DNA of 64,000 nt, from NCBI RefSeq assembly GCF_001194135.2, contig NC_068983.1:61301060-61365059 (forward strand), in the 5' to 3' direction. Made by a program: the position numbers and the translations under genes. The notes beneath the pieces were generated by a model. That model was not told the DNA's origin and ran no database searches. It was given only the letters and a program-made list of their open reading frames with translations. Shown here one piece after another: positions 12,713 through 24,586 of this stretch; position 1 is the first letter of the stretch; each line of letters opens with the position of its first letter. This DNA is from Octopus bimaculoides (lineage: Eukaryota).

Positions 12713-13180
12713 AGCCACTCTCTTGCACACTACATCTGATGCTTCTTATGTCCAACATTTCTCTCAAGGCGCTTACACTCTGTCGTGTGTGCACACTGAC
12801 ATAAACACATCCAGCAGATCATGCTAGCTTCATTTCTTTCAAGCCTACACATCTTCAGCACACATGCATCATATATATATGTATACAAAGGGTCCCCCGA
12901 TCCCTTATCTGGTGAGCAATGGGGAAACTGCAGAGTGATGAGTGGTTAATAAGAGCTGTACAGGGATGCCATTAGTAAGGTAAGGGTTGGCAATTAGTAT
13001 AGTGAAGTATTCCAGGTAGAAGCAGGGGTTCACCAAGGATCAGCCCTCAGCCCCCTCTTATTCATCATAGTCCTCCAGGCAATAACAGAGGAATTCAAGA
13101 CAGGTTGCTCCTGGAGCTCTTCTATGCTGATGACCTTGCTCTCATAGCAGAATCACTACCAGAACTAGAGCTGGCCTCCT
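12713..13180. mobile_element. Two RTE fragments: minus strand 12713-12865 and plus-strand RT 12888-13180
   Basis: Minus strand SALREMLDIRSIRC. Plus strand GVHQGSALSPLLFIIVLQAITEEFK and YADDLALIAESL. Confidence 0.85.
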
Positions 13181-13651
13181 AGTCTAGAGTCACTAATAAC
13201 TAGTCTATGCTGGGGGCAGGGAAGTACATTCTTCTCCAGGGAGGGTCTTTGTATTTAAGAGCAACCTTGCAGTTTGATACCCCTGTAGTTATTTCTTGTG
13301 GTACCATCCCACCCATGCTAGCATGGAAGATGGACATGAAACTCTGATGATGATGATGATATCTATATATACATGTATATAAAAAGAAGAGCAGCTTCAT
13401 GCTGCTTGCTTCTTCATCTAAAACAGCACCAAACGGAAAGCCAAAAATACTGTAATATTGGTGCTTCAGTATGTCCCCAGCCTCTAGCTGAAATCAGTAA
13501 AGAATAAAAGAATTAATGAAGTTACAGAAAGAAAATCATCTCAGTGCATCATATCAGCTATTGGGAAAAGCTGAGAAAGTTAAAACTATTGTCTCTAGAA
13601 CGAAGGCAAGAAATTTATGCAGTGATATATGTTTGGAAAATCCCCTTTGTC

Positions 13652-14425
13652 CATGGGTTGGACGATTTGACTGAGGACTGGCAAGCCAGAAGGCTGCACC
13701 AGGTTCCAATCTGATCTGGCAGAGTTTCTACAGCTGGATGCCCTTCCTAATGCCAACCACTCCAAGGGTGTAGTGGGTGCTTTTATGTGCTATAGGCACA
13801 AGAGTCAGTCACAAAGTACTGGCAACGGCCACGCTCAAAAGGTGTTTTTTACGTGCCACAAAAAGCGAATCCGATGACTGGCACCCATGCCAACCTCTCC
13901 TTGATTGGACACTAAACTCTGCTTGCAAAGGCCTGTTGAGGCAAGTGAAATTGTAATTGAACCATACTCGATGACTGGCACCTCACCAGTGGAGTACTAA
14001 CAGCACTGTCGAGCGCGTTCATTACCAGAGCAGCTGTTTGGCTTCTGTGCTAGTGGCCCGTAAATAGCACCATTTGAGTGTAATAGCTTTGTCTTCTAGC
14101 ACTTGTGCTGGTGGCACGTTAAAAAATCGTTCGATCGAGGTTGTTGCCAGTGTCGCTGGACTGGCTCCCGTGCAGGTGGCATGTAAAAAAACACCTTTTT
14201 GAGCGTGGCCGTTGCCAGTACCGTGTGACTGGCCCTCATACCGGTGGCACATAAAAGCATCCACTACACTCTCGGAGTGGTTGGCGTTAGGAAGGGCATC
14301 CAGCTGTAGAAACTCTGCCAGATCAGATTGGAGCCTGGTGCAGCCTTCTGGCTTGCCAGTCCTCAGTCAAATTGTCCAACCCATGCTAGCATGGAAAGCA
14401 GACATTAAACAATGTTGATGATGAT
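13652..14425. mobile_element. Head-to-head RTE 3' UTR copies (minus 13652-13860, plus 13865-14425)
   Basis: The same ~210-nt tail is present in both orientations. Confidence 0.88.
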
Positions 14426-14442
14426 ATATGTTTATATATATA

Positions 14443-15080
14443 TAATATCCGTGAACTGAAACACCGCAAATTAAAGAAGGATTTACAACCAAAATCCCTA
14501 CCAAACATCTCCACATACAACCCCCTTAACAATGAAGCCTTCAACACCATCCTGCAGTATATTCCTCTCGTAAAAAGGGACCACAGAATGAATTCAATCC
14601 TCCAAACACCCACCATCATAAAGAGTAAAGGACAACCCAAATCTATGTACAAGCCCAAGTATACTCGACAACACTGAAGCCATCAGTAAAAAAAATGCGG
14701 AAGACCTAACTGTGGTATATGCGTCAACCTAACTGAGGGATTAGAGTTCTCTTTCAATCAGGGTCAACGTTTTACAGTGGAAAACAACTTCACATGTGCT
14801 TCGGCAAACCTAATACATGTATTAACTTGCTCAGGGTGTCGAGAGCAATACATAGGCCAAACTAAAAAGTCTACATCAAAGGATGGCTCTATATAGATCC
14901 CAGATCAAAATTCAGGAATACAGAAAAATAGCATTCAGCAAACACATCAACATTTGCATCAATAAGAAACAACCCAGCTTCAGAATTTTCCCCCTCTATA
15001 AATTCAGGGATGATGCAACCTGTAGTCAGCGCATTAGCAAAGAGTCATATCAATATAAACCCCTTTTGAATGCGTCAACC
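14443..15080 (+). mobile_element. Penelope-like element fragment (RT C-terminus/linker and GIY-YIG endonuclease), frameshifted
   Basis: Hand translation gives STYNPLNNEAF, IIKSK.QP, KCGRPNCGIC, FTCASANLIHVLTCSGCREQYIGQT and LHQRM...YRKIAFSKH. Confidence 0.8.
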
Positions 15081-15854
15081 ACATATGACACAACTGCAAG
15101 GGCCTTAGAATAATACCCATGCAAATATTAAAAATGATATATCCAGAACAGTCACAACCCATGAATTTATTCAGAATAATTCCAATCACTACTATTACAA
15201 CCACAACAGGTCACTTGACCGTTTAAGAGGATTCCACCAACATCCTACTGTCATAACATTCCCGTAGTCTTCTTATTCTTTCTCTTCTTTTCCTACTCCT
15301 TCCTCTACCTCTTCCTCTTCTTTCTCCTCTTTGCCACCTCCAATCAAAATCAAGAACTCATATCAAATATTTATTTAGGACTGCTACTTCCTACTACCTG
15401 CTACCAAGCCTTCACAAGAATAAAAAAAGAGAAAATGTCCCTTGTATTTGAAAACTATAGAAATATTTAAAAAAAATATTTCATTTAATTTTGCCACAAT
15501 TTAATTGTTTTTCATGCTTTACTCTAAGTTAAAAAAGTCACAAAGACTGAAACCGGTACTAAAACGTTCTTCATGATAAAATTATTTTAGCATTTTCTAC
15601 TTTGTTTTATTTTCCTTATACATATCAACNNNNNNNNNNNNNNNNNNNNNNNNNNNNNNNNNNNNNNNNNNNNNNNNNNNNNNNNNNNNNNNNNNNNNNN
15701 NNNNNNNNNNNNNNNNNNNNNNNNNNNNNNNNNNNNNNNNNNNNNNNNNNNNNNNNNNNNNNNNNNNNNNNNNNNNNNNNNNNNNNNNNNNNNNNNNNNN
15801 NNNNNNNNNNNNNNNNNNNNNNNNNNNNNNNNNNNNNATATATATATATATATA

Positions 15855-16030
15855 AGAGATTGCTCCAGGCACACATTAGGCAAGAAGTCGAAAACTTTTT
15901 GGGCCCATGACACTGCATGGACCCTAAGTAAAGCATGTGTAAAATTTGAATGAAATCAGTAGGGTAGTTCTCAAGTTTTAGTGATGGACACATACAGACA
16001 GAGATACATTCTCAGTTTTATATATATAGA
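15855..16030 (-). mobile_element. Possible 5' end of a non-autonomous Helitron-like element
   Basis: Minus strand starts TCTATATATATAAAACTGAGAATG followed by (TCTG)-like repeats. The 3' CTAG end was not found, and an N gap follows. Confidence 0.4.
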
Positions 16031-16037
16031 TATATAT

Positions 16038-16450
16038 GGGGCTAAATGACAGTAACAATCGTCCTAACCAGGACCACCACATTATGTTGGCAAATAATCT
16101 CTACCCAAGAGTACTGTTACTCAATGTCTCTCTTTCAGAGATTTATAAATAATAATTTTCTATTTATTAGATCAGTGACTGTGTGTCACTTTGAAAAGTA
16201 TATATTTCATACAGGAGTTTAGTGGCGTCATCTCTAGCTGAGCAGTTATTCTGTGCTGATGAAGGGAAATAACCCAGAAACCATTGGTACACAGATATCG
16301 CATTGGGCTGAGTGGGGACGCTAAACCCCCTTGTTTGAAAATATGATGCAAATAGTGTTGTATAGCCAGCTGGAGATGATGTTTCCTGGGGTTAAATAAC
16401 AGTAACAATCATCCTAACCAGGACAACTACATTATGTTGGCAAATAATCT
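16038..16450 (+). mobile_element. Retrozyme-like / Penelope pLTR-like unit of 350 nt containing the hammerhead
   Basis: A ~63-nt direct repeat at 16038-16100 and 16388-16450 (offset 350) brackets the ribozyme. Confidence 0.55.
16250..16295 (+). ncRNA. Minimal type I hammerhead ribozyme
   Basis: TCTGTG-CTGATGA-aGGGaaataaCCCa-GAA-ACCattGGT-A-CACAGA. Stem I 6 bp perfect, stem II 3 bp, stem III 3 bp, core boxes intact, GUA triplet at 16287-16289. Confidence 0.8.
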
Positions 16451-16940
16451 TACTCACTCTCTCTCTCTCTCTCTCTCTCNNNNNNNNNNNNNNNNNNNNN
16501 NNNNNNNNNNNNNNNNNNNNNNNNNNNNNNNNNNNNNNNNNNNNNNNNNNNNNNNNNNNNNNNNNNNNNNNNNNNNNNNNNNNNNNNNNNNNNNNNNATA
16601 CACAGATATCCATATATCACCCAACAAAAATGTTTTCATATTAAATTCTTATGTAATTGTATTCTAAATACTGTGGAAGGTATTTGTAGAAAATTTTACA
16701 AAAGAAATATCCATTTTCTGAAAGTTAGGAGGAAAGAAAATCAACACATATGAATTTTCCAAAACTTCTCTCCCAAGCTCCAGAAAAACATTTTCACAAC
16801 AAATTCCAATGTTATTAAAATCTACACCATCTGAAACATATTTGTAGAAAATTTCATTTAAAAATATCTATTTTTATGGATGTTTTGAGGAAATAAAGTC
16901 AGTGGGGCACAAGTGTGTAAGTATGCTGCCATATATATAC

Positions 16941-17642
16941 TAGGGTGAGTGTTTTTTCAAGATTTTTGATTTTGTGATGAGGGTAGCATGGAAAAGTTGT
17001 GAATGGACATCAAAATAACTGGTGTAAAATCATAGAACTCTGTGGGAATATCACCTGTCTCCACAAATGCATAAAAAAATGGAAGAAGTGGTAGAAAAAC
17101 ACCTCTACTCATTTATTAGTTATAAAGTACAGTTTTCATTGCATCTTTTTCAGGTAGCATTTAAATGATTGTGATGAAATTACTCTAAAATACGGCTTTA
17201 ACATGTTTTTTCCAGTGGTTTCATCTTTTGCTTCCACAAACACCTTAAAATATGCAAAAATATCGTAAATATTCTAATTTATTGAATTCAAAAAATTTTT
17301 CATGTAGATGTATATTACAGTACACCCCCCATCCCTCCTTGTGGAGGTAGAAGATGAAGTCACAGATAAAAACATGTTCAGTCATATTTTAAAGTAATTT
17401 CATCACAATCATTTAGAAGCTACCTGAAGAAGATGCAATGAAAACTGTATTTTATAGATAATAAATAAGGAGAGGCATTTTCCCCCACCCACTTCTTTTT
17501 CATTTTTTGATGCATTAGTGGAAGCAGAAGATATTATCACAGAGTTCTAAGATTTTACACCAGTTACTTTGCTGTCCATTCACAAATTCTCCACACTACC
17601 CCCATCATGAAATTGAAAATCGTGAATAAGTGCTCCACCCTA
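16941..17642. mobile_element. Fold-back MITE with ~270-bp inverted arms (Tc1/mariner-like ends TAGGGTG...CACCCTA)
   Basis: 16941-17210 aligns by eye to the reverse complement of 17369-17642 along its whole length; ~160-nt spacer. Confidence 0.85.
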
Positions 17643-18319
17643 ATGTATACTTATGTATGTACACTATAGAATATATGATATAATGATATCAAATCAATGT
17701 AAAACATGTTGTATTAAAGATAGTGTGCTTGCACTAGTATATAAGGCTTGGAAACCAAATTACTTTACAGTCTGAAGAAGGTTACTAACTGTCAACCTCT
17801 TCCTTATTAAATAAAATCAATAACACTGTACAGAAAGACACCGAGTAGTCCTTTAATTTAACGTCTAATTTTATATATTAAAAGAAACACTAATGTACAT
17901 ATTTATTTCTCTGCACATGCATGCACACACACACATAGGGAGAGAGGTGTGAGAACCAGCACTTGAGAATGCAAGAAAGAAATCTATGGCAAAGGATTAT
18001 AACTATTAATGGAAAGTGAGAAAGTAGTTGTGCTGATGAAAATTGTCTATTTGATGTTTGTATAAGAGAAAGAACTTAACTTCCTTTTACTTTTATAATG
18101 TACAGCATTCTTTTTTATTAATTCAATTACACACAAATAGACAAAGAGAATTTTAATTTTAGAATTATATGGATTAATTTTAGAATTATATGGATTAATT
18201 TCTCCCATAAATTAATTTTCATTATAAACAAGAATTTGTTAAAAAATAGTTTTGTATTAAGTGATGACTGGGTGCTTTTTTTGTGGCTTTTATTACTTAC
18301 ACACATATATATATATACA

Positions 18320-18630
18320 TATATATATATACCGCCTGACTGGCCTTTGTAGGGTTTTCGAGCGAGATCGTTGCCAGTGCCCCTGGACTGGCTCTTGTGC
18401 GGGTGGCACATAAAAGACACCATTAAGAGCGTGGCCGTTTTCGTGCGGGTGACACGTAAAAGCACCCACTACACTCTCTGAGTGGTTGGCGTTAGGAAGG
18501 GCATCCAGCTGTAGAAACTCTGCCAAATTAGATTGGAGCCTGGTGTTGCCATCTGGTTTCACCAGTCCTCAGTCAAATCGTCCAACCCATGCTAGCATGG
18601 AAGGCGGACGTTAAACGATGATGATGATGA
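18320..18630 (+). mobile_element. RTE 3' tail inserted in (TA)n
   Basis: Diagnostic tail ending in (GAT)n. Confidence 0.85.
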
Positions 18631-21600
18631 TGTTGTGATTGGCTCAATTATATATTTTTTTACAATCTACATGGCTCTAGTTGTCATTGAGTGATAAATA
18701 GTTATGTCAAATAATTTAGTTTTAGTTTAATGTAACTGAGAAGTAACAAAAGGAATTGAAAACCCAATAGAGGGTAAGTTGAATATTTACAAAGCTGATA
18801 CAGATCAATAAAAATATCTTGGTCTGGATGAAATATAAGTAAAATATGTGTACAAGGTGGTGTCTTATGGAATAGTGAAAGAAAGTAATGTAACAGCTGT
18901 TGTAGAAACTCAAAGATGTTTCAGTTTGTGTAACTGGAGAATAAGTGAACTGAAAAATGTTAAGAGAATATAACAATAAAATGTCATCCTAATTTATATT
19001 AATAAAAAAATAACCTGGACTAAGTGAATAAATAATTCATCTGTAGTAAAAAAAAGAAAAAAAAAAAGAAAAAAAGAATTTTATTCTATCTTATTACAGA
19101 ATGCTATCAATATTTGAAAATCTCAGAAATTATCACCTATAAAGGTATATTCAGTTTATTGCATAAGAATGTCAATTACTGAGGCTATGCAATTTAGCAG
19201 AGTTGACTATAACAAGATTAAAAACACCAGAAAATAGCAATAAATTTTCTGGTGAAGGAAAGTGCAAAGCATAAGAGGTTGCATATTACTATGTATTAAT
19301 ATGCAATTTGCTTCAATTTCAATTTGTTGAAGGTGTCATGTGATAAAAGAGAATTAAGAAAGTAGAAAGTTAATTTCAAGTTTTGTCTTTGCCAATTCTT
19401 TACATATTCAAAATAAATGAGGAAAACTTTCATTTAGTATGGAAAACACTCACATGTTTGATATTACTATAGTAATAAATGATTAACAACAGAATGATTT
19501 CAATGAAAAGCATTAATATTGGTATTGATGTAAAATTAAAGAAAATATATATAAAAACATGAAATGAGAGCAGGATAACTATTGTTTTTTTATGTGGAAT
19601 AAGATTAAGCTATTTTCATATAGGATATCAAAATAGGCTATTTTTATATAAGATGTATTAGTCTATTTCTATAAATAATCAATGTATGTCAGTAATAGAG
19701 TAGAAAATAGTTTAGGTGAAAGTAGTAGCGTAGAATTAATTAGAGATTAAATGCTACGATTTTTCTCTAAAGTTATTTGTCATGTTTTATAATCAGTTAT
19801 TTCAATACAGACACACAAACGAAAATCAAAATTAAAAAGTTGAGAAGTGTAAAAAACAAAAAGATACAGTAATTAAAATAAACTGTTATATAACTATGCA
19901 TGGGTTGAAAATAGCCACACATTCTGTAATTTCAACATTTTGAGAAAATTCTAAACATGATATACATATTTACAGTTACAATATAGAAGTGCAATGGCTG
20001 AATGAGTATTGATTATGAGACTACTAAGTTGTAGGTTAAAATTTAAAGGTTTTGCTTATTAAAATAGAAACTACACTTAATTTACAAATCAAATTGTTAG
20101 CAGGTTGCAGCATATTCAACACTATTATCACTTGCTACAACAAAGCATCCCATTTCTTCAAAGCCTCTTCATTAAAATTACACATAGCTTTGTTTATAAG
20201 TCTGAAGTAATGGTAATGCACAACTAAAACTGTAAACATTAAAAGTAAAGCAGGTTACTGAGGACAACACACACCATCATGTATAACACACCTAAAACAG
20301 TATTCATATCAAGGACAACACAGTTGTACAGGATTTTGTCTATAATGCATTTGTAGGAAGTGATATTACTAGCCAATTTGAAGTCTATTCAGAATAATCT
20401 AGACTGCACTATTCCTTTCCTGAAGGTTTTCACCTTCAAATTGACATCAATAAATATTGGTTGTTGAGACATTAAAGGATTTAACTGTTGATCTAAAGAT
20501 TAAAGTTCAAGTACCGCAACAGGAATCATACCCTTGTTTTAAGTCAATGCATATCAAACCACTTATCTTAGGTTTACTCAAGTCTCAGTAAGTCTATTTC
20601 TACAGCAACAAATATACATTTCAGTATATTTCCTTAATGAATTTGTTTACTATCATTTTGATAAATTATAGTACAGGTATACATCCCTGGAGAGTTTCAG
20701 TAAGGCAGTAACACCTGTAATAAGCAGAAAAATTTATGAAATTATTTATCATAAACAAATATTGTCTTATTCTCAGTGCATATTTTGTTGAACTTGAGCT
20801 TTTTAATGCTGTATGCATTAAACATGTTGACACCTATGCATCTACTAGTTATTTACCTACTTAATAACATAATAGAAAATAAGTACCACTTCAATTTTAG
20901 TTCAGAGATTAGTATAAGGATCTAGTTGTAAAAAGCCCTTGTTTCAACTAACAACCATACCTAAATCTATTAAATAAAATAATATCATGTATGACTAAAT
21001 TATGTGAAGATTTTGAACATGTAAACAAAGGCATAAACAAATTATATTCTTCCCTCTAATACCAATGTGGTCATCAAAGTAAATTCACTCTAATATTAAA
21101 TGACTTGAACAAGAAAGGAAGAATATTCATAAAACACTATACTGGCCAATATAGATAGCATTTTAAATGTACTTTGTAGGCTGGCATGGGTTGCATAAGT
21201 TGTAATGATCTAAGTCAGCCTTTATTTGGCATAACTGCTCTTCCAGACCAATCACTGGATCATGTTTTTGGCTTGGTTTCTATGGCTGGATACCCATTCT
21301 AACACGGACCACTTTACAGATTGCACTAAGTGTATTTTATCATGATACCAACACTAGAGAGGCTTTTGTCTTTGACAAGATAAAAGTAAAGGGTTCTTTG
21401 ATCCCGTGTTTTCTTTATTTGCACCAAAATTAACTTTACAGAGACTACTGGATGCATTTTATAGTATCAGTGAGATTACCTTTAATTGCTCAATGTAATA
21501 AAGGGGGTAGAAAAGAAATCAACTGCAGAAAATATCAAAACAATATCAAAATATTTATAATGATTCCTTTTAAATGTTATTCATGGCAACATCTTCAAGG

Positions 21601-22769
21601 ATCTAATCAATTTCCAGTGTTTGTCATCTTTTACATAGCAGTTAAATCAATTTTTAATCAACTCCTTATATAAATGGGAATGAAAGAAGTCCACAGGCCA
21701 TAACTAAGTTAAGATCTTATTAGATTTTGATATTCATCAATGAAACATTTGGTTCAAAGATAAAGAATAACATTAATATTTGGACTGCTTATTTCTCTTC
21801 ATATAGTGATATCTCTATCATCATCATTGGTTTAACTTGCTTTCATAGCCTGGCCTGAATTAAGTGATCTGCACACCTTATCTGTTTTACATAAGAATGA
21901 CAACTTTCTATGGTTTGATCAAATTGCATCAATTAAAAACTTCTTTTATTGGCAATAAATTCTTATCCGAGGAAATTTCTAATTAAGTATGCATCACATA
22001 TTTCCTTCAAAAATTCATATTAATATGGACTCTCTTGAAAGAAGGCAATAAAATTGTTGGTTTTTGTTGCCATCTGAATTCATTTATACTTTTGTACAAA
22101 AGATAAGACCGTCAAATAATTACATTTTTCATAGATCTGTTGTGCTAGAAATATTACATTTATTGAGTCAAATTTCATCACACAGCAAACCATTTTATTC
22201 ACATCAGCCCTATTATGCATTAACAGTAATAAAATAGAAAATATTAGTTTGGCGCAAGAAGTCAATTCTATAGTTTTTGATAGGGTCTTCCGAAATGTAT
22301 TAAACTAATTTTTGTTGATACTGACTACCATTGATTTCTTGAATTCTACTGCTTCATTCTGATTACTATCCATTAGCTTTTTGCAATACTTTCTACCACC
22401 TTTGTTATCTACTGTAATAGAAAGTTTACATCCACAAACTATGCTGCTGACAGACTAGCAGGTAGTGAAGAGCAAATAATATATACAGCTACATTCTTGA
22501 ATGAAGAACATAACAGGTGAGAATCTAGGTCTTGTCTGTTAAAAACAACCAGACTAACTACTATTCAGTTAGCTATTCCTTTGCAAGCTTTTATAATGAC
22601 AACTGATAATCGACATTCAAAAGCTGTTAATTTTTTGTTCATTGCTTATCACATTTCAATATGATCTTAACAAATCATCTAGATTGATATTTGTTATTTC
22701 TTCTTGCTAAGAGTTAAATCTTTGGGAAACGCTACACTACCTTCTAAAACAACTTAATAAAATCAAAAT

Positions 22770-23010
22770 ATCATTGCACGCACACAACAATGCATTACTC
22801 TGTATCACAACAACTTGTACACCAACTACACTGTGCACTAGCAACACTAAACTGTATGACAACTGCACTACACAGTAGAAACACTGAAGTGTATTACAAC
22901 TGCACTGTTTACCAAAAATACTTTACTGCACACCACCACCACCACCACACTATGCCAATAACACTACATTGTACATGATTGATGTACACCAACACTACAG
23001 TGTATAGCAA
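22770..23010. repeat. Degenerate minisatellite built from CAACTACACTG-like units
   Basis: Recurring caac/acact/tgta motifs. Confidence 0.5.
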
Positions 23011-24449
23011 CTTATCAAAAAATACTTAGAACAAAGTATACTCTAGATTATAAATGTTGTGACCAATTCTAACAAAACTAGAAACTTGACATTTTTATAA
23101 GATGGTAAAAGTGGCATACAACATAAAAATGGCCTCTATTTTTCATGAAAGTTAAAATATATCTAACCTTTCACTTAATTTCAGCTCATTGTGGTATAGT
23201 ACAGCCATATGCAAGAATCTTTGGCAATAAAATTTAAATGCTCTGTCTACCTTATATTGTAAATAGTTGTAAATATGGCATTTGAAATGTTGCCAAGAAT
23301 AGAAATTAGAAGTCATTGACTATATAAGATTCTAGACATTAAATGGAGTAAGTTTGTTACTTTGAAAGTTTAGGATTACTTAAAGCATCTGTTGGTGTTC
23401 AACAGAATTAAACTATAACAAATGAATTGTCTTAGATCTACCTTCAGGTTTTAGCATTTCAGACTTAACTAATTTAGTGATGTGGTGAACAAGGCTCAAT
23501 CCAAATGAAATTATACGAGACCTTCCAAGCAAAGTTTAGTAGAGATTGAAAAAATGTGGTAACATTAGCTGCAAATTGATCTAAGTAGCTTGTCTAGACT
23601 ACTATATATGTGGGACATTATAAAACTACTAAGGCATGATTGACTTCTTAAAATACATGAAACATATATTTTAAAATATAGTCTCTGTTAAGTTGGTTTC
23701 TGTCTTTTCAGCCATTACTGAGATGTTTTTGAGATCATATGAAATCAATAGCTTTATTTTAAGTTAAATGAAACCATTAAATCCTGTAATACATTTTCTT
23801 CATAATTTCATATAAATACAGTAACAATCGTTTGAAGAACACTTACTTTATAAAACTATTCCTTTTTTGAATAATTTTCCTGTTATTAATAAAAGATCAT
23901 AACAGATGCAAAAATTGTAAAATTAATGGAGATTAAGTTATGTCTCTATCCTCAGAAAAATTCTTCATACAAAAAATAAATCCCTACCCTGACCTTTTTC
24001 TTTATTCTTTTTTTTATGAATCATCTAACTTATCTATTCCTATAGTAACAATATCCTATTTCAGTTTATGTATTTTATAACAGAAACGTTCTACATCTTA
24101 GACAAAAAACAATTCTTTTTTTAGCTATTTAATTTTGTACCTTAACATTCAGATGCTTCTTTGACCACATTTTGGTAATCTTTACAAAATTATGTGATTT
24201 GTTATAGAAAATGCATTATTGTAAATATAATACCTTTTAGAAGTTAAATAAAATATATACTTTCAGAGAGAACTGTATAATTCTTAAAACAGGAATATAA
24301 CTTAATGAGTAAAATATGGAAGTGAAGGAAATGAAATCAGTGCTGTGCAAGATTGCAGTATTTCTATTGATAGTAACCTATTAATGAAGGAATTTATTAG
24401 TGGTTACTATTTACATCAAGAACACCGCATGAATGCATATAACAGTTAC

Positions 24450-24476
24450 CAACTTTAAATCATTAAATGGTATTTG
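24450..24476 (-). CDS. Candidate 27-nt MADD microexon (QIPFNDLKL), phase 0-0
   Basis: Branch-like gctgac, pyrimidine tract, cacttag|CAA...TTG|gtaact. In frame within the phase-0 intron. Confidence 0.4.
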
Positions 24477-24570
24477 CTAAGTGAATGACAGGGAGGTCAG
24501 CACTTGCATCCATAGACAATGACAGAAGCATACAAAGGATGAGGAAAAAAAAACAACAAAGAATACTCAC

Positions 24571-24586
24571 TCTTAATATGTTGGTT
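24571..24586 (-). CDS. Candidate 16-nt microexon (NQHIK + 1 nt)
   Basis: atttatttttctag|AACCAACATATTAAGA|gtgagt. Strong sites but not frame-preserving on its own. Confidence 0.25.

Noticed and set aside
16038-16450. CRISPR-like repeat-spacer reading of the direct repeats
   Set aside because: Only two ~63-nt repeats 350 nt apart, eukaryotic context and no cas genes.
9406-16667. Long ORFs containing X runs
   Set aside because: Artefacts of reading through N gaps.
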